Source: Azolla caroliniana (Eukaryota > Plantae > Polypodiophyta). From it: DNA of 64,000 nt. The notes beneath the pieces were generated by a model, which worked only from the letters and a program-made list of their open reading frames with translations, made no database searches and was not told the origin of the DNA. The stretch covers positions 4,898,001 to 4,962,000 of the forward strand of contig JBHGNT010000007.1 of the NCBI GenBank assembly GCA_043228905.1, written 5' to 3'. Made by a program: the position numbers and the translations under genes. Of the stretch, positions 24,834-39,813 are shown one piece after another. Within the stretch, counting starts at the first letter, position 1; each line of letters opens with the position of its first letter.

Positions 24834-27501
24834 ATGCCTCAAGGACGAGTGAGCTATCAAGACTTCATGGTGGACCTTGGACACCCTCTTGTCAATCGTG
24901 TTGTTGATGGATTCGTTAAAGTTGCAGGGGTGAGTTTAACAAATCATTTGATTTACCTTTTCGTATTTTTTATATGCATAATTTAATCTTTTCACATGAT
25001 TAGCGGTTTACTATTTTATTCATTAGAGTCGGAAGTAAAGTAAATGCTCAACATTCTCTCCCAATGTAAATTCAAATTTAGTCTCGTTCCTTCCCTTGTA
25101 TACTTTCTTTACCAAATGCTCCTAGTTATGTAAATCAAATTACTGTTCCTTTTTAACTTCTTAATACAATTTTATAAATTGACTTTTGTCCATTTTATAG
25201 TTTGATTTTGAAAACTAACAAAGTTTGTGTCCATTTTCACATTGTTTAGGTTGGTGTTCTTCATGCAGCTTCCCAAGATGCTACCAAGATGCTATTCCAA
25301 GGTATTGGTATAGAGATTGATTTCATCTCATGTTTATCCATTGTTAATATGGCTTGTATTATTTTGTTGTTTTTTGATTTCCTAAACATGGTTCTTTTGC
25401 CTTAAATTTTTAATGAATCTTTTATTTTTACGCTCAATTTTTAACGTATCTCTTGTTTTTACTCTTCTCAGAAGAAACGAACAATCGAACTTTGGAAAGC
25501 ATGGTGAGTGGTTGTTTTTTAGAGTCTTGTTGGGTGTGCAACATTTGACTAGTTGTCTTACACAATGTCTTAGATATTTATGTTGAAATATCTTAGCTAT
25601 TTAGGTTGAATGCTTGATTTGTGAATGGGGCACAATTTTTTTAGTTTAGTTGTGTGTGTAACATTTGATTAGTTGCTTTGCATTACATCCAACTATTATA
25701 TGTTGGATCTTTACAAGAACAATTGAAATATCTTAGCTATTTATGTTGAATGCTTGATATGCGAATAGGACACAATTTTTTTAGTTTAGCTGTGTGTGCA
25801 ACATTTGATTAGTTGCTTTGCATTACATCCAACTATTATAGGTAAATTTACAAGAACAAATGTATTATGCAAACACATAATGATGCATTAATTGAATTGG
25901 TCCACAATCCAATAAATTTATCAGAAGTTGGCTTACGATTACTCTTCGTATAAGTGTTAGTATCCTCCAATGAAGTTTCAATGCTACACAATTTGAAACA
26001 AACAATCAATTAAGTGAGCTAAAATAAATTTGAGGGCTTCAAACTACATGATTTGGAATGGTGGAGAATCAAACTCAATGTAATTTGAGTTTAAAATAAA
26101 TTTGAAAGATTAGCAAGAGTTTAGATAGTTCAATTAAATGTTTAGGTTTATTTTGGTGGATGTTCTAACTATATTGTGTGCCCATATTTAGCAAGAGTAT
26201 AGATAGCCCAATATAACAATGTTGCATGCCAATATTTTGCCCAAGAAATTTGTGGTACTCAAAAAAGAGTTCAATAAAATATCTAGGATTCTATCGTTGG
26301 GTGTTGTAAGAGTATGGCATGCACATATTTTATCAAAAAGTGTAGATAGCCCAATATTTAGTGTTGCATACCCGTATTTAGCCCAATAAATCAATATAGG
26401 CTTAAAGTAAATTTGAGGGTTTAGCAAGAGTTTAGGCAGTTCAATAATATGTCTAGGATTTGTTGGATGTTGTAAATGTGTTTTTTTCCATAAGTTATAA
26501 CAGTGTTGCATGTTCATATTTAGCCCAATGAAAGATAAGGGTATGTAACTCCATAATATTAAGCATAATGAGATGTTGAAATATAAATCAATGCGACTAT
26601 TTATGTTTCACTACACTTTTTGGCAGGTGCAACGTAGTGGAAAGGAAGCTATGCAATGGGGTAAACTTCCTTCTAAAGATTTGTTAATATTTGTTAATCA
26701 CAATTATCTCTATTACATGTGTGTGTCTCATATGTAGCAATGGGGAGGGAGTTTATGGTTAGGTTATGAACTTGGGTTTCAAGTGAGGTTAGCGAGGTTT
26801 TATTGTTCATTTACAAATCTAGAGTCTTTAAGCATGGGAAGATTTGGGTTTTATGTTAAGGCTAGTTCTAAGCATCTTGCCTTTACTTAAATCTTCTTAA
26901 GTGTGGCAAGGGTGTTTTTGTCTTATTACTTGTTGAGCCATTAATAGCCCATTTGAAAATGTGTTTTTTACTTAAATAATCTAAACATGTGGAGGATTGA
27001 GGGAGAGTTATGTTTTTTCGCTTATTACTTTGTTGAGACATTTGACTCGTTTGAACAAGTTTGCCTTGGTTTGTACTTCATTTGTTATTTAGGCTTAGCT
27101 CATTTATGAATTGGGGCTCTTTTTTAGGTTTAGTAGCCGGAGTTTATTCGGGCTTAACTTACGCGATGCAAGAGGCTAGAGGCACACATGATTGGGTATT
27201 TCTTGCAACAAATTTCCCAAATTTCCATTTTTTGGCAGTCTTGCTCATTTTCTAGTAAACTATGAGTAAAGAGTTTTCTATTTTACATTTGAACTTTCTC
27301 ATGAGATAAAGAGTGCACATTTCACATATTAAGGAGTTTTTGAATTGACCTTAGAAAAACGCTGTTTTGGGCGGGGCGTTGACGGGTGCGGCATTGTCGT
27401 TGACTGACCAACAAAATAGGCGGCATGATCGAGTGGTGCAAGGGGCCATAACTGGAGCTGCCGTTGCAACTGCAGCCGAGTTCCTTCGTAGTTTAACATA
27501 A
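24834..27501 (+). CDS. OEP16: Plastid outer envelope pore protein OEP16 (Tim17/22/23 family, OEP16-2-like); exons 24834-24929, 25250-25301, 25472-25503, 26627-26660, 27128-27195, 27355-27501 (142 aa)
   Basis: Spliced translation MPQGRVSYQDFMVDLGHPLVNRVVDGFVKVAGVGVLHAASQDA..GKEAMQWGLVAGVYSGLTYAMQEARGTHDWKNAVLGGALTGAALSL..GAITGAAVATAAEFL; GT-AG introns in frame. Mostly missed by the ORF track. Confidence 0.9.
25530..25845. repeat. Tandem duplication, 140-bp unit, in OEP16 intron 3
   Basis: GAAATATCTTAGCTATTTA at ~25586 and ~25726; CATTTGATTAGTTGCTTTGCATTACATCCAACTATTATA occurs twice. Confidence 0.85.
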
Positions 27502-30500
27502 GCCGTTGTCAACAAGCTTTCTTAAGTTTTAAAGAATGCATATGATGCATAAACCTTTTTTATTATGCAAGATCCCCCATATAAATAATGACTTGACTTC
27601 TTTTGCTTTCCTTCTATAATGAAGCAATTTTCATGTAAAGAGACACAATATAGTTGCCTCTTTATAAAACAAAAATAATTAGAGATTTATTTATCGAGGG
27701 TTATTAAGTAGTATATTTTGTGTCTATAAATGTATATTACTAGTTGGCATTTATATGGATTCATTTGGCAAAAAGTTAATAATCCGTGTGAGGTCATTGA
27801 AACATGATCTCTCACCTCCTTTTAGTCACATTCTTACATTTCATTTATTCGTCTAATTTTGCTATTAATTTACCTTGCCCCCCTTATTAGAGCAACTTGG
27901 ACCTAGTGTTTCCAATAACCCATTCACCTAGCACAAAATTTCACTTTGAATTTTTAGATACCTTTTTACTACAAAAAAATTCAAAGTTTGAAAATGTTTG
28001 GCAAGAGTTACCTCAATGTGAATCGCAATATGAAATGATGAAGTAATTTTGTCAATGGAGGTAAAATTTGTTGGGTGAAGACCCCAAATGCATGCACTTG
28101 ATTGAGCTCGAGCAAATGATGGTAGTAAGCTTTTGTTAGTTCAGATGTAACTGTTTCTGAAGGAGATAAGGTTCATATTTATTGACAATGGATGGTGCTT
28201 TTGTTAGTTCAGATGTAAACAGCTTCTCGAGGAGATGCGGTTCATATTTATTTCATAATGGTGCATGAACTAGTGTGGGAAGATTGTCTTGACAATGGTG
28301 CCAATGTTCGATGTATTGTTCTCTTATGATGATCATGACAACGTTGTTTAAAAAAGCCAAGTTTGGTGGTATACATTTATTTGTATTATTATTTTCAAGA
28401 AACACTATTGTGGATAATGGGGGATGAAAGGGAATCATATTTATTTAGACTCGTGGTGTAATGTTGGAAATATTAACAATTATTGTTATTTGAGCTTTTA
28501 GCTTTTGCAAAGTTAAGAAACTTAATAGTTTTTTATTGGGGGTGTTTTTACAATTTCGGAAATTCAGGAAGTGAAATTGATTGTCTTTGTGGTAGAGAGA
28601 TAAGTATCCTGTTGTGGTAAAATCACCATTTTATTGAAAACCTCATATATTTGTGCCTTTTGGAAAATGTTAGTCCTTATTTTAATGATAGTATTGTAAA
28701 ATCAAATTATTTGCCACTGGGTAAGCAATGTGAAAATCAAATGTTTTGGATAAAATAATTGTACCTTCAACAAATTGAGAGTATTCAGGAATGTCGTAGC
28801 ATACCATTGTTGTGACTCGTGAGCTAATCAACAATTCAATCATTGATGCCATAAAGAAAATTGGTTTTATACAAGTAGTCCGGTGCATTGGAATGTTTCC
28901 TCAGGTAATCAAGGTATTAAATGAAAAGATAAGGGTAAATGCTTTACCTCGTCTTACAATGAAAATATTGAGCTTGCTAATCTGGTCATGACCGACAGTT
29001 GGAATGTCATATACGCATGATTATCACTTTGTCTTGCCCATCTATCTATCTCATATTCATTATGGAGGAAGAGGTAGTTCCATCTTGAATGTTACTTTTA
29101 GACGATCCCATGGCAATAGCTATTACAAAGCACTTGAGGAGAAACATTGTGATGTGAGCCATGTAGTATGAGGCAAAATGCATTTAGCAACGCATTCATG
29201 GGAATTTGCATTTAGCAACGCATTCATAGGAGGTAGCATTGCTCACAAAACATTCTGTGTGATTCACAAACTTTACATGAGAAAATTTACCATTGAGTTG
29301 TAAAACAATGGGAATTCTCCTAACAATTGCCCTTTTCTTTCGGCAAACATTACACTAGTAAATTTGTATGTTCCACAAGATGGGGAAACATACAAAAGAA
29401 GATTGGGTGCAACTCATGTGTGTCAAGTACTTGGTTATGAGAAGGTGATTAAATGACAATCCAAAATATATCCATTTGGGCACAATAGTACATCATAGTA
29501 GTGGGCTTGTGCCAGCTTCCAACTTCCAAGAAGCTGAGAAGAAAGGTTGACCTGAGAGGAGTAATGATAATGGGGAAGTTCATGTAAAGCCAAATTTGTA
29601 AAATGGCATGAGAGATCTTGGTCAATGACAAAATTATAATGATTAAGTATCTAAGAGGGGCTATGGACTAAGACCCAAGAGGTGTAAAAAGGTAAAGAGA
29701 AAAAACAAGCCTGATAATGAAAGGGTTGGCATAAGAGATAATAAGCTAAGAGAGTAAAAAATGGAAAGGGTAACTAAACGGAAATGGGTGGGGGTCAATT
29801 AGTTGGTTAACCAAACAAGGAGGTTGTGGAAAGAGTTATAAAATAGGACCAACCTAGTGACAAAGAACAAACTCTTGGAAATGTGAAAAACATCGGGTCC
29901 CTTTACGATGTGAAACGAAATGACATATGATGATGACCATCCATTTCTTGGGGGGAATGAATGAGACATCACGTGACAAGTCATGAGCCATGATGAAATA
30001 TCTTCATCACCATCTTCTTCTTCTTCTTCTCCTCCTCCTAAAGTGGTACGTGAATGTTGTATTCTATTGTGTATGGTAAAATTTTCCTCCAATTTCACGA
30101 GTGATAGAGATAGAGAGACCCAAGATGGTCTTAGCTCAACTATTAAGGCTTGTTCATAAAGGCATGCATTCAACCCCTACATTCGGCATACTATCATCAA
30201 ACCATGTGTTTTGGGCAGTGGCAAAGGTACAAGAATTGCATATAATGAGGTGTAACACGAGAGAGAATACATGAAGGGGGGATTTGGAAGGAGAGAAACA
30301 CTCTATTAGAGAGAGAAAGAGATCACAAAATCTCTAATTCATATATAATAATATACATCATGAAATTCATAAAAAATGTCACAACGTGAAGCATAAATTT
30401 ATATATATTGCATTATGCTGCATGCAGATTTTAGATGCAAAGAGGTTGTTTTTGGATACATTGCTAAATTATTAGAGGGATATATTCGTATATTTTGAGG

Positions 30501-32498
30501 TGTAACACACATTGCTTCCTTGATACATACTTTGACAAGGTTTTTGGGATATACCTTGACTCTTTAAGACCTTTATTGTCCAATATTATGACTGTGTTCA
30601 TCTACACATATTTTGAAAGTCTTATGCTCTAGTGTAAAATTCAGGCCCCATGGCCATAGTGGGTGAATTTTTTATCCTACCATATCGTCATATCTTTATG
30701 AAGATTCATTTGGTTTACATTGTTTTGTGAGGTGGGGTAAAACTTCATAGTTTGCCTTTCACTCTTAAAAGATCACTATCTTGATATCCGTCGATGTTCA
30801 TTCTTATAAGTTATAACACATTTTGGTGTCAGGAATATGTCTTTTAGTTGAGTAGATCAATCTCAATTGATTCGAGAAATATTCATCCTGATATAATATC
30901 AAGAAACCCACCCTTGTCAAACTAGGATGAGACAAATGTCAAAAACACCAATATGTGCTCTAACATTTTACGTATTTACTATGTTACCATTTATTTTCCG
31001 AAAATGACTAGAATATGATTAATTTGCTTATGTTTTTTTACAAGCCCCAAATAAGTGATGGAAATGTTGATTAATTAGTTGACATATTGATATTGATCTC
31101 GAACTAATTAATCAATCTATCTCTAATAAATGGAAAACTAATTGTTAGCTAATCAAGCTACAAACATATATATAGAAGTTAAGAGAGTACGATTTATAGA
31201 ATCATCAAAAAAGCTATCACAACGAGTGTATACGTCTACATATATGGTTTTATAACTTGTCACTAAATCTCCAATAAGTTTAATGAACATGCAATTACCC
31301 ATGGGCCTTGTATGAACTAAACGGTTAACCAAAAGTTTCCAAAGCACAAGTTGTTTGAAATTATGTGCTTTCTTATCAATATCACACAATTTGTGATGTC
31401 GTGGAAAATTCACATTATAACAAAAGGATTCACCAAGATTTGAACTCTAGATCCAAGATTCAATATACACACATATCATCATCACCGATTGTAATCATTC
31501 TAATCCATAGGAGAAATGCATCATGCAGACTCTTATTGTACTTAGCATATATATGTAGTGTATATGTACTACGTAAAATCTTATTGATATACATACTTAT
31601 GTACACACAAGTGTATGCGTGTGCAAGGCTAATTATAATGTCATGTGTATCCAGATTCCACACACATTTGAAGTTCAAGTCATTTTAACATTTTTCTTCA
31701 TACCTATTTGTCTACATCACAAGATTTTGCTAAAACTCGTAGGTTTGCGTACTCCCATAGGTTTATGTAATCATCAACACCCTTGATCATGTTTGAAATT
31801 CCCTCTTGCAATCTATAACCGTTTTGTACAAAAGATGTTATCAATTTTGAATCGCTATAGACTACATTGGATGGCTATGTTAACTTTTAATGAGTCCCTT
31901 TAAATAACATGTTTTGGTATCACGCTTGTTCCAATAACACGTACAATTTTAACACATTGATTTGGGTTGTCCACGTGACATCATGTTTGATATTGCAACC
32001 AAATGGTAATTCCATGGCTCAATGCATGCTTCAAATTTTGGTCCCACCCTACTTCTAGAAGAGGGTCCTTCCCCAATGTTTGCACTGAGAATTGAAAGGT
32101 AAAATAGCTAACAATTTAGCACTGTATATCTTTGGGAAGTGGAATTGCGGGGTGCAATTTGATTGAATTTATAAGGTCTTATTCAAACTTTGAAACATGT
32201 GTCCAAACAAAATTAGAATATTAGTCTTTTTTCTAACTATTTTTCCATTATCAAGATTACAGTTCCAATGGTATACAAAGGGGTGTTGGAATTCATGTGG
32301 AGACGTACCGTCTTACTTTACATATCTCCCATCCACTTCAAAGCCATTCATGTGCGCACGTGGGAAAGTTGGAAGCATTGTCTTCGAAACAAATAAAAAT
32401 ACACCCAATAATCGATATTAAAATACTTGCTTACAATGCAATGTTCTTTGAAAACCCAAGGAGAAAATGATTTCTTTTGAATATAAATCATGGTGCTT

Positions 32499-34890
32499 TT
32501 ATTCATCAGTAGAAGACAATGGCGATGAAGATGATGACGAAACAAGCTTCGCCTCAGTTTGCATCAATATTGTTGGCAATAGATGAGTATGCAAGATTGC
32601 GATTGCGGTAGCAAATGCATTGAAGGCTAAGAATTGCTTTTGAAAGGCAACCTTGTATAAACCTTTCTTGAGAGGGGACAAGGAAAACATCATCTCTTGC
32701 TTGCTTCCCTACATGGTATCACAAAACCAAAGCACCCCAATTAGAAGTGTCCAAAAAAGTAGACACAAGTTTCACTACCCACTAAACAAATGGCATATAA
32801 AAAGACCACATTGTAGAGAAGGGACCCAATAGCTGTAATTAGATTCACAACTCATCACCTAACCATAGACTATAAATAGATGCATTGCCCTAAGTTTCTC
32901 TAAGATACCTCCCTACAATTGGAATAGTAGCTATGAAAAAAAATACATGTAGAGTCACCACACAAGCATTGACCATCAAGATAGATATATGTACTCCTAC
33001 ACAATATAATAAATGCCTATGCCATTAAACCTAAGGGTTGTGGACAGATATAGACTATAAATGGTTGTCTAAAACCTAGTTGTAGGCAACCACAAGAGAG
33101 CTAACTTTCTCAAGATTCGACTAAGCTATAATATATTTGCGTTCACATGATAAAAACATCTCTAAACTTGGGCGCATAAACTTGTCATGGTCATTTGCCT
33201 TAAAACACAAACATCTTAACACATGGCTGATAATATTCATACAACGAAATCACTAGGCCAAAAAACTTGTGGAGCTAGGCATCTATCCTAAATCATATGA
33301 GAGCCAAGAATGTTGCTACAACATGAAGGAGATATATAGCTATATGACTTATATATATAAATGGAGTTAACAAAAAGGGTTTAGGAAAAAGACACAAGAT
33401 TTAGAAGACCTACTTGAGAAAAGATGGTCCAAGGTGCTTGCTCATGATCATGATGGACGGACTTGGGCACTAATGTGTCAACGTTGTTGTTCCGACTTGA
33501 ACTCAATACCTTGATTCCACACCCGAGGTCCCATCCACCACACTCGCATGACCCACCAGAATGCCACCTCTCTATCAATGAAGAATAAGGACACCTTAAT
33601 GTTGTATTTGCCTTTGGCATGCCATGTTCTCCCTTTGGAAGCACAACGTTTACACTCCATAACCTTTTGTCCTCGGACAATTTATCGACCCGAGATCGCC
33701 CATCAGAGTCCGAATCCGAATTCAATAGAGTGGGACCATTGCTTGCCAACAATGGTACTCTTATGACAATGGCCACTAGCTCTTTCTTGTGACAACTCAT
33801 TAATGGGCTTGATGTGTTAATATCGGTCTCGTTACTCGTAGTACTTGGTTCCATGTCGGAATTGTTGTCACTCCAAGCATCGACATGGATACTAGACATG
33901 GAACCATGGGATTTGAAAGGACTTGACATACTAAGCACTCCTTTCCGACTACTCTGATTCGTAGAATTTGAATTTCTCGATATGTGTAGCTCGCCACTAG
34001 CATACATTGGATTGACCATGCCGGACAGTGGGCTCGCAAACGGGGACGAATCGCGGATTGAGCTCTTGACATCGAGCGAAGAAAACCTTGATGAGCTTTG
34101 ATGGCCATGGAACCTTGTCGATCTAATGCTACACATATAATCCTCTTGATTGTTAGCTCTCAAGCCATTTCTACCGGCTTCGTGGACCACGAATTCCGAA
34201 GACATGACCACATCATGCCTTACTAACTCACCATTAGCAACCGGGGGGTAGCACGCCCGTTCATCGACATGTAGTAGACCACTCGAACCTTCCATTATAC
34301 CGATGAGCCCCGATGCCCCCGGCTTAATTTTGGGGTCTTTCTTGAGCCAGTTTTTCCAATATCCACTGATAGTGGTTCCGGTCGATCCATAATGACCAGT
34401 ACTAGTGGTAGTGGTGCCATGGACTTTACTTGTAGATGAATAGAATGAATACATTAGCCTCAACCTCTCAAGCAATTTGTCACTAGGATTAGTAGAATGC
34501 TGATTCTCTAGTACCAAATTGCTTGATTGGGCAAGAAGCACATTGTTATTGTCTTCATCACAACCATGTAGGATTGTCATTGTGAAGCAAGGAAGGCCAT
34601 CCCCCATCAACACACATTGCAAATCTGCATATACAATACTACTACTGCTATTACTACTGTTGTTACTGGCATTTGCACCTTTAGAAGAAGCATTCGATTT
34701 AACCAATGTCACATTTCCGGCAGCCATTTTTGGCCATGACTGCCGGCTACGAGCTCGAGCATGGTCGTCCGCTTTAGTATGGTCGCATCGAGGATTGACA
34801 GGCATCTCCGGGCGTGTAATGGGACGGTGCCGTCGTAATGGCGAGAGTGCGCGGACATTAATGATATTTCGCGGTGAAGATCGAGACAAT

Positions 34891-34927
<37 letters not shown>

Positions 34928-36815
34928 CATCGATCGAGAGATTGCTGCATGATCTGCTTGACATTGGGGCATGATTATAATGATGCAAATCAGTTAAATG
35001 TTGTTGCTTTTGCTGCTGATAATTTGCTACATATGAAGTTGCCGCATTAATCTTCCGCGATTCCGAATCTCTCCAGCTGCTCGACGAAGAAGAAGAAGAA
35101 GAATCGAAAGGCATATTAGAATGATTCCCACACTGAATCTCGGGGCTAATATTGTGACGATACCCGAAGGTTGTGTGGGCTGTTGCTGGCTTCACATGTT
35201 GGAGCTCACTATGAGGATCATTTTCATGTAATGTAGTACTGTTAGTAGCTGCTGTGTTAGGGTTTGCAGCATGCAGGCTAATGTTCCTCAATGTGCTTAA
35301 TACAAAGGGTTTGTCCACTAACCTCAAGTTGTTCTGGTTGGTTAATGACTCAGAGGAGGGTTTCCGATCCTTTTCCGCGAGATCGGCTGCCAATATATTG
35401 TTAAGGCGGGGCCGCGATTTCGGCAGGGAAACCGATCTTAATTTGGACTTGTTACTGATCGATGATGAGGAGCCGGAAGAGGAAATTGACAGAGATGATG
35501 ATGATGATAAAGAGGAGCATGCGGTTGATGATGATGATGATGATGATGATGACCATATTGTGGATGATGATGATGATGAGCATATTGTGGATGATAATGA
35601 TGATGATGATGACCGTATTGTGGATGATAATGATGATGATGATGAGCATATTGTGGATGATAATGATGATGATGATGATGGTGGTGGTGGTGATGATGAT
35701 GAACATATTGTGGATGATAATGATGATGATGATGATGGTGGTGGTGGTAATGGCGATGGCGATGGCGATGGCAAGCTTAAATGTAGGCCATTCATGTGGT
35801 CCTTTACCCTAAAGGCAGCTTCTAAGCTCTTCACTGCTGATTTTAGACCACTTCTTGTACTGCTGCTTGACATGCTCTTGCTCCTCCAATGCCCTCTCTT
35901 CTTCGTATTATCCTTATCATTACTACAGCTACTATGGCAATCCGGCACTGCATTTTGCTCCTTCTGAATTAATGACGAAGATGCAACATTATTATGGTTC
36001 AATTCATGAGGTCCAGGAGGATGCCCCAAATTAGCAGTACTGAATTCCTCTTTAACACATACCTTCTTCATTAAGCTTGGGATCAGTTGATTCTCTTTAA
36101 CAATCCTACCACCGCCATTGCTGATGCTACTGATACTTCTGTTACTATTCTTATTGAAGGTTATCTCAATGGAGCCCCTAGGAGAGCTACCTACATTAAT
36201 ATACTCTGCTTTAATCACCTCATGATGATGATGATGATGACTCCTCACAACATATTCCTCTCCAATATCATCATCATCATGTGCTAATTGATCATGTAAC
36301 GATAGGCGAATTTGATCGTTATGCAGCTTATAACCATAAGAATCCTGTTCTAATGATTGGCTGGAGTTATTACAACTGGGATTAGTGCTAGGGTTAGGGT
36401 TAGGGTTAGGAATGATGCTGCTTCCATCATTGCAAGAGTGATAAGCAGTAGATGATGAGGAATTATCTGATGATGATAAGTAGTATGGCTGATCGATTGC
36501 ATTCTCACCCTCATCATCATCATCATCATCATCACTTGTACTAAGCATACCAGGAGAGCTTATGCTGGATGATACTGCACTGGAGAAGAAGAAGAGGTTC
36601 TTCTCATGATCAGCAGCAGCATGGTGGAACGGATCATCATCAATGGATCTGCTGTCACTCATTGTGGTAAGGATGGTTTTGCCTGCACTCATCATTCTGT
36701 CCAATTTCAAGGCTTCTGTTGGACCACCATCACCATCAGTCCTGCTACAACTGAGATGAAGATTAAGGCTTAGGTTGAGATTAGGAGTAATTAGCAAAGG
36801 ATTAAGGTCCCCCAT
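32499..36815 (-). CDS. DUF3527-domain protein with long Ser-rich disordered N-terminus; exons 36815-33414 and 32708-32499 (~1200 aa)
   Basis: Hallmark VNVVLPKGEHGMP..SSLIERWHSGGSCECGGWDLGCGIKVL and ELVAIVIRVP. The second exon supplies GLYKVAFQKQFLAFNAFATAIAILH. GT at 33413-33412, AG at 32710-32709. Confidence 0.88.
35460..35770. repeat. Coding (GAT)n-based minisatellite (~30-50 bp units, CATATTGTGGATGATAATGATGAT) encoding poly-Ser/SSTIC repeats
   Basis: About five ATTGTGGATGAT copies separated by GAT runs, inside DUF3527 exon 1. Confidence 0.9.
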
Positions 36816-38830
36816 AGCCTAGTTATTTCTTGTACCAATTTACTAATTAATCAATTAATCACCTTTTTACCTTATGAGAAAACCTTAGAAAAGAATGAGA
36901 GCATGAGAGAGTCTAGACCTATGATAATTGAAGCCTATAATATATACATAATGTAGATATAAATTTTTATATATTTTTTATACTTTGCATTGATTGTGGG
37001 ATTTTCTTTTGTTTTAAAAAGCTGCTAAATTTGGCTCCTTCTTTTTCTACAAGTCCTAAGTGAAAGGGGGAAAGAAAATAGAGAAAACAAAAGTAGGTTC
37101 AATCTTATTATACATTGTTAGGGTGGATTTTCATTATTTACCAAGCTTACCCCTAGGTTTTCAAAATTGCCAGGCCCCATAACCCTCCCAATAATAACCC
37201 AATATAGTCCAAGAGAACCAACTTAAGTGTGTGGTGGTGGCACCCACCTAGCACTCCCTGGGGTTTTCCAACACTTCCTTTTCTTTACTAAATTACTAGA
37301 TTTAACCACACTTCTCTCTCTGTCTTGCTTCCAGATTATTGACTTGACCCGATCCCCTCCTCTCTGTAAAGCACGGTCGTTTCTTTTTTTAACTCCTCTA
37401 GATTACTACCATTTTTGGGTGGTACTTGTCTCGTAATTAGCGGTTTACTCCCCAAAAAATAACAAACCCAACCATTAGGGCTTTGCTTGCGCAAATAAGC
37501 TTAAGATGGGTTTATCCAGAGGTTACCTTGTACTTATAAAAAAGAGAAACAAAACATTCAGAGTTTTCCTTGTAAACACCCGAACATGATAGAATTTGCT
37601 ATATAAAAGGTTTCTTGTAACATACCCCTTAGTTCTTCCCCATTTCATTGATTTGTTGGTGTCATTTGTTGGTGCGATTATATAATATACACCGTCTTTG
37701 AAGGCCCTACAACCCACCTTGTCCTAAAGCGTGCCTTTAATTCTGCCTTTTTCTTTCAATGGCATAGATTGGGTGTTATTTGCATATGTAGAGGGTGTTA
37801 TGCAAAGGGCATTACAACTCGACTCTCCATTATGATGCCTTACAAAAAGAGAAACCCATGATAGCAATGAGCACAATGACCAAAAAGCCTAAATTATCAA
37901 TAGACAAGATTCCTTAATCTCTATATGTGCACATGGATATATATTTGTGATGTATATATGCATGTATATATTTTATATGACTTTGTGCTTTGGGTTTGCC
38001 TTTGTACAGAAGGGGATTAACTTGATGTTAAGACACTGTGTGCAAAGGGAACCATACCCTGCCACAGACACATGTGAGCATTTTTTGAGGGAGTTTCAGG
38101 AAATGCATATAGAAATCTCTCTCTCAAAGAATCCCAATGTGTTTTTTACACATTGTACTTTATCGTCGTCCGTGGGGGGATTTTAGGGGTAAAAATGGAA
38201 AGCACCATAAAAACATTCACAATATTATTATCTTTATCCATCATTTTCATCATTTCAAGGAGTTGTTCCTTCCCACAACAATAGTACACAATACTAAAAC
38301 CCATGCAATCAATTTAATACATATGTACAATGTATGAATCATATATAATAGATTATCACATTGGAGTTTAGTTGTTTTAAGCGTTAGAGATTGTAGAACT
38401 CGTAGAAGTTAGTACTTACCACAACACAATCTCATGTTCGAAGTTTAATTTATTATATGATAGTAATTATTTGGTACTATGGTCTACCAAAGTGGTGTGC
38501 TGACTTTTTAGATCAATTGACAATAATCACTGCTTTGCAAATTGAAAGTATCATAACATTTCGGTATCTGTTCATTTATACGTAAGCAAGACTTCATATT
38601 CTTCATTTTTAAGCATAGAACTTAGTGTATACAAAACTAAAGATGAGTGCCTCTTACACTTCTTGGAGGCTAGGTGTCTTGAGTTGTTGACGATTGCTCC
38701 ATTCCATTTTTAATTGTCTATTGTAGTTTGTACATATCCTCATACTTATCAACTCGTATACCAATGTAAACCATCTAAGGATGCCTTTTATGTATAATTT
38801 CACATGGAAAATAATGCTAGCACTAGGTGC

Positions 38831-39290
38831 ACTTAGTTACAAATCAATGTTAATACTAATTACTTAGATACACACTTGGGCCAAAAATAGATAATGAACA
38901 TGGGTTGATACTAGGACGACTTATTGCTTATAGATAGCATGTATTACTCATAAAGAAGGAGAGACGTAGGTAGCGCTATGCAACGAAAGCGAACTATGTG
39001 TGTATGTGAGTGCAAGTAATGCAAGACAGAGGGAGAGGGAGCTTGAGCAAGAAGCCATGTACTTAGTTACAAATCAATGTTAATACTAATTACTTAGATA
39101 CACACTTAGGCCAAAAATAGATAATGAACATGGGTTGATACTAGGACGACTTATTGCTTATAGATAACGTGTATTACTCATAAAGAAGGAGAGACGTAGG
39201 TAGCGCTATGCAACGAAAGCGAGCTATGTGTGTATGTGAGTGCAAGTAATGCAAGCTAGAGGGAGAGGGAGCTTGAGCAAGAAGCCATAT
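38831..39290. repeat. Near-identical 230-bp tandem duplication covering the end of element Z LTR plus flank
   Basis: ACTTAGTTACAAATCAATG at 38831 and 39061. Confidence 0.9.
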
Positions 39291-39596
39291 CCGTAAAAAT
39301 AGAATTACATCCAACAGTAACTAAGTTACAAAGGGTTGGTTTAAATACCGACTGATCTAGGGCAAATGCCATTTCTACTAATTACAAAACTAGCCTAGTA
39401 TGTCGTCCACTGGCTAGTGTGAACACTATCTCTATGGGAAGTTGAGTTCGATTCTCAACAAGCCCCTTCGAACTCAACTTTAGATGTCGAAAAGTTGTTT
39501 CGGTTGAATCGGCTTCGACTTCGCTTTTCGATTTCGATTGTTCAATTTCAATTTTCGACGTAGCCCCTATTTTTCGGTACTCCCCCTCAAGCTCGG
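39181..39596 (-). mobile_element. Element Z (Ty1/copia, related to A): 3' LTR (~39181-39460), PPT and pol end, interrupted by A
   Basis: Minus strand reads GAAGGGGCT-TGTTGAGAATCGAACTCAACTTCCCATAG, matching the A LTR start. The pol end (LRGST-type) rejoins 61823-61884. Distal LTR boundary is approximate. Confidence 0.75.
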
Positions 39597-39769
39597 TGTT
39601 GAGAATCGAACTCAACTTCCCATAGAAATGGGTTTCACACTAGCTCATGGACATACCATGCTAGTTTTGTAAATAGTAGAAAGGGCCCTTACCCTAGTTT
39701 AGTTGGTATTTAAACCAACCCTTTATAACTTTGTTACTGTTGGAAGTAATATACAGTTTTCTTGTTAAG

Positions 39770-39813
<44 letters not shown>

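Noticed and set aside
35254-35967. Asp-rich and Met-rich plus-strand ORFs
   Set aside because: Antisense shadows of the (TCA)n poly-Ser tract in the DUF3527 exon.
36389-36410. Interstitial telomere (TTAGGG)n, also in the D LTRs near 45548 and 50737
   Set aside because: Only 3-4 units; here they encode NPNPNP and in the LTRs they are telo-box-like.
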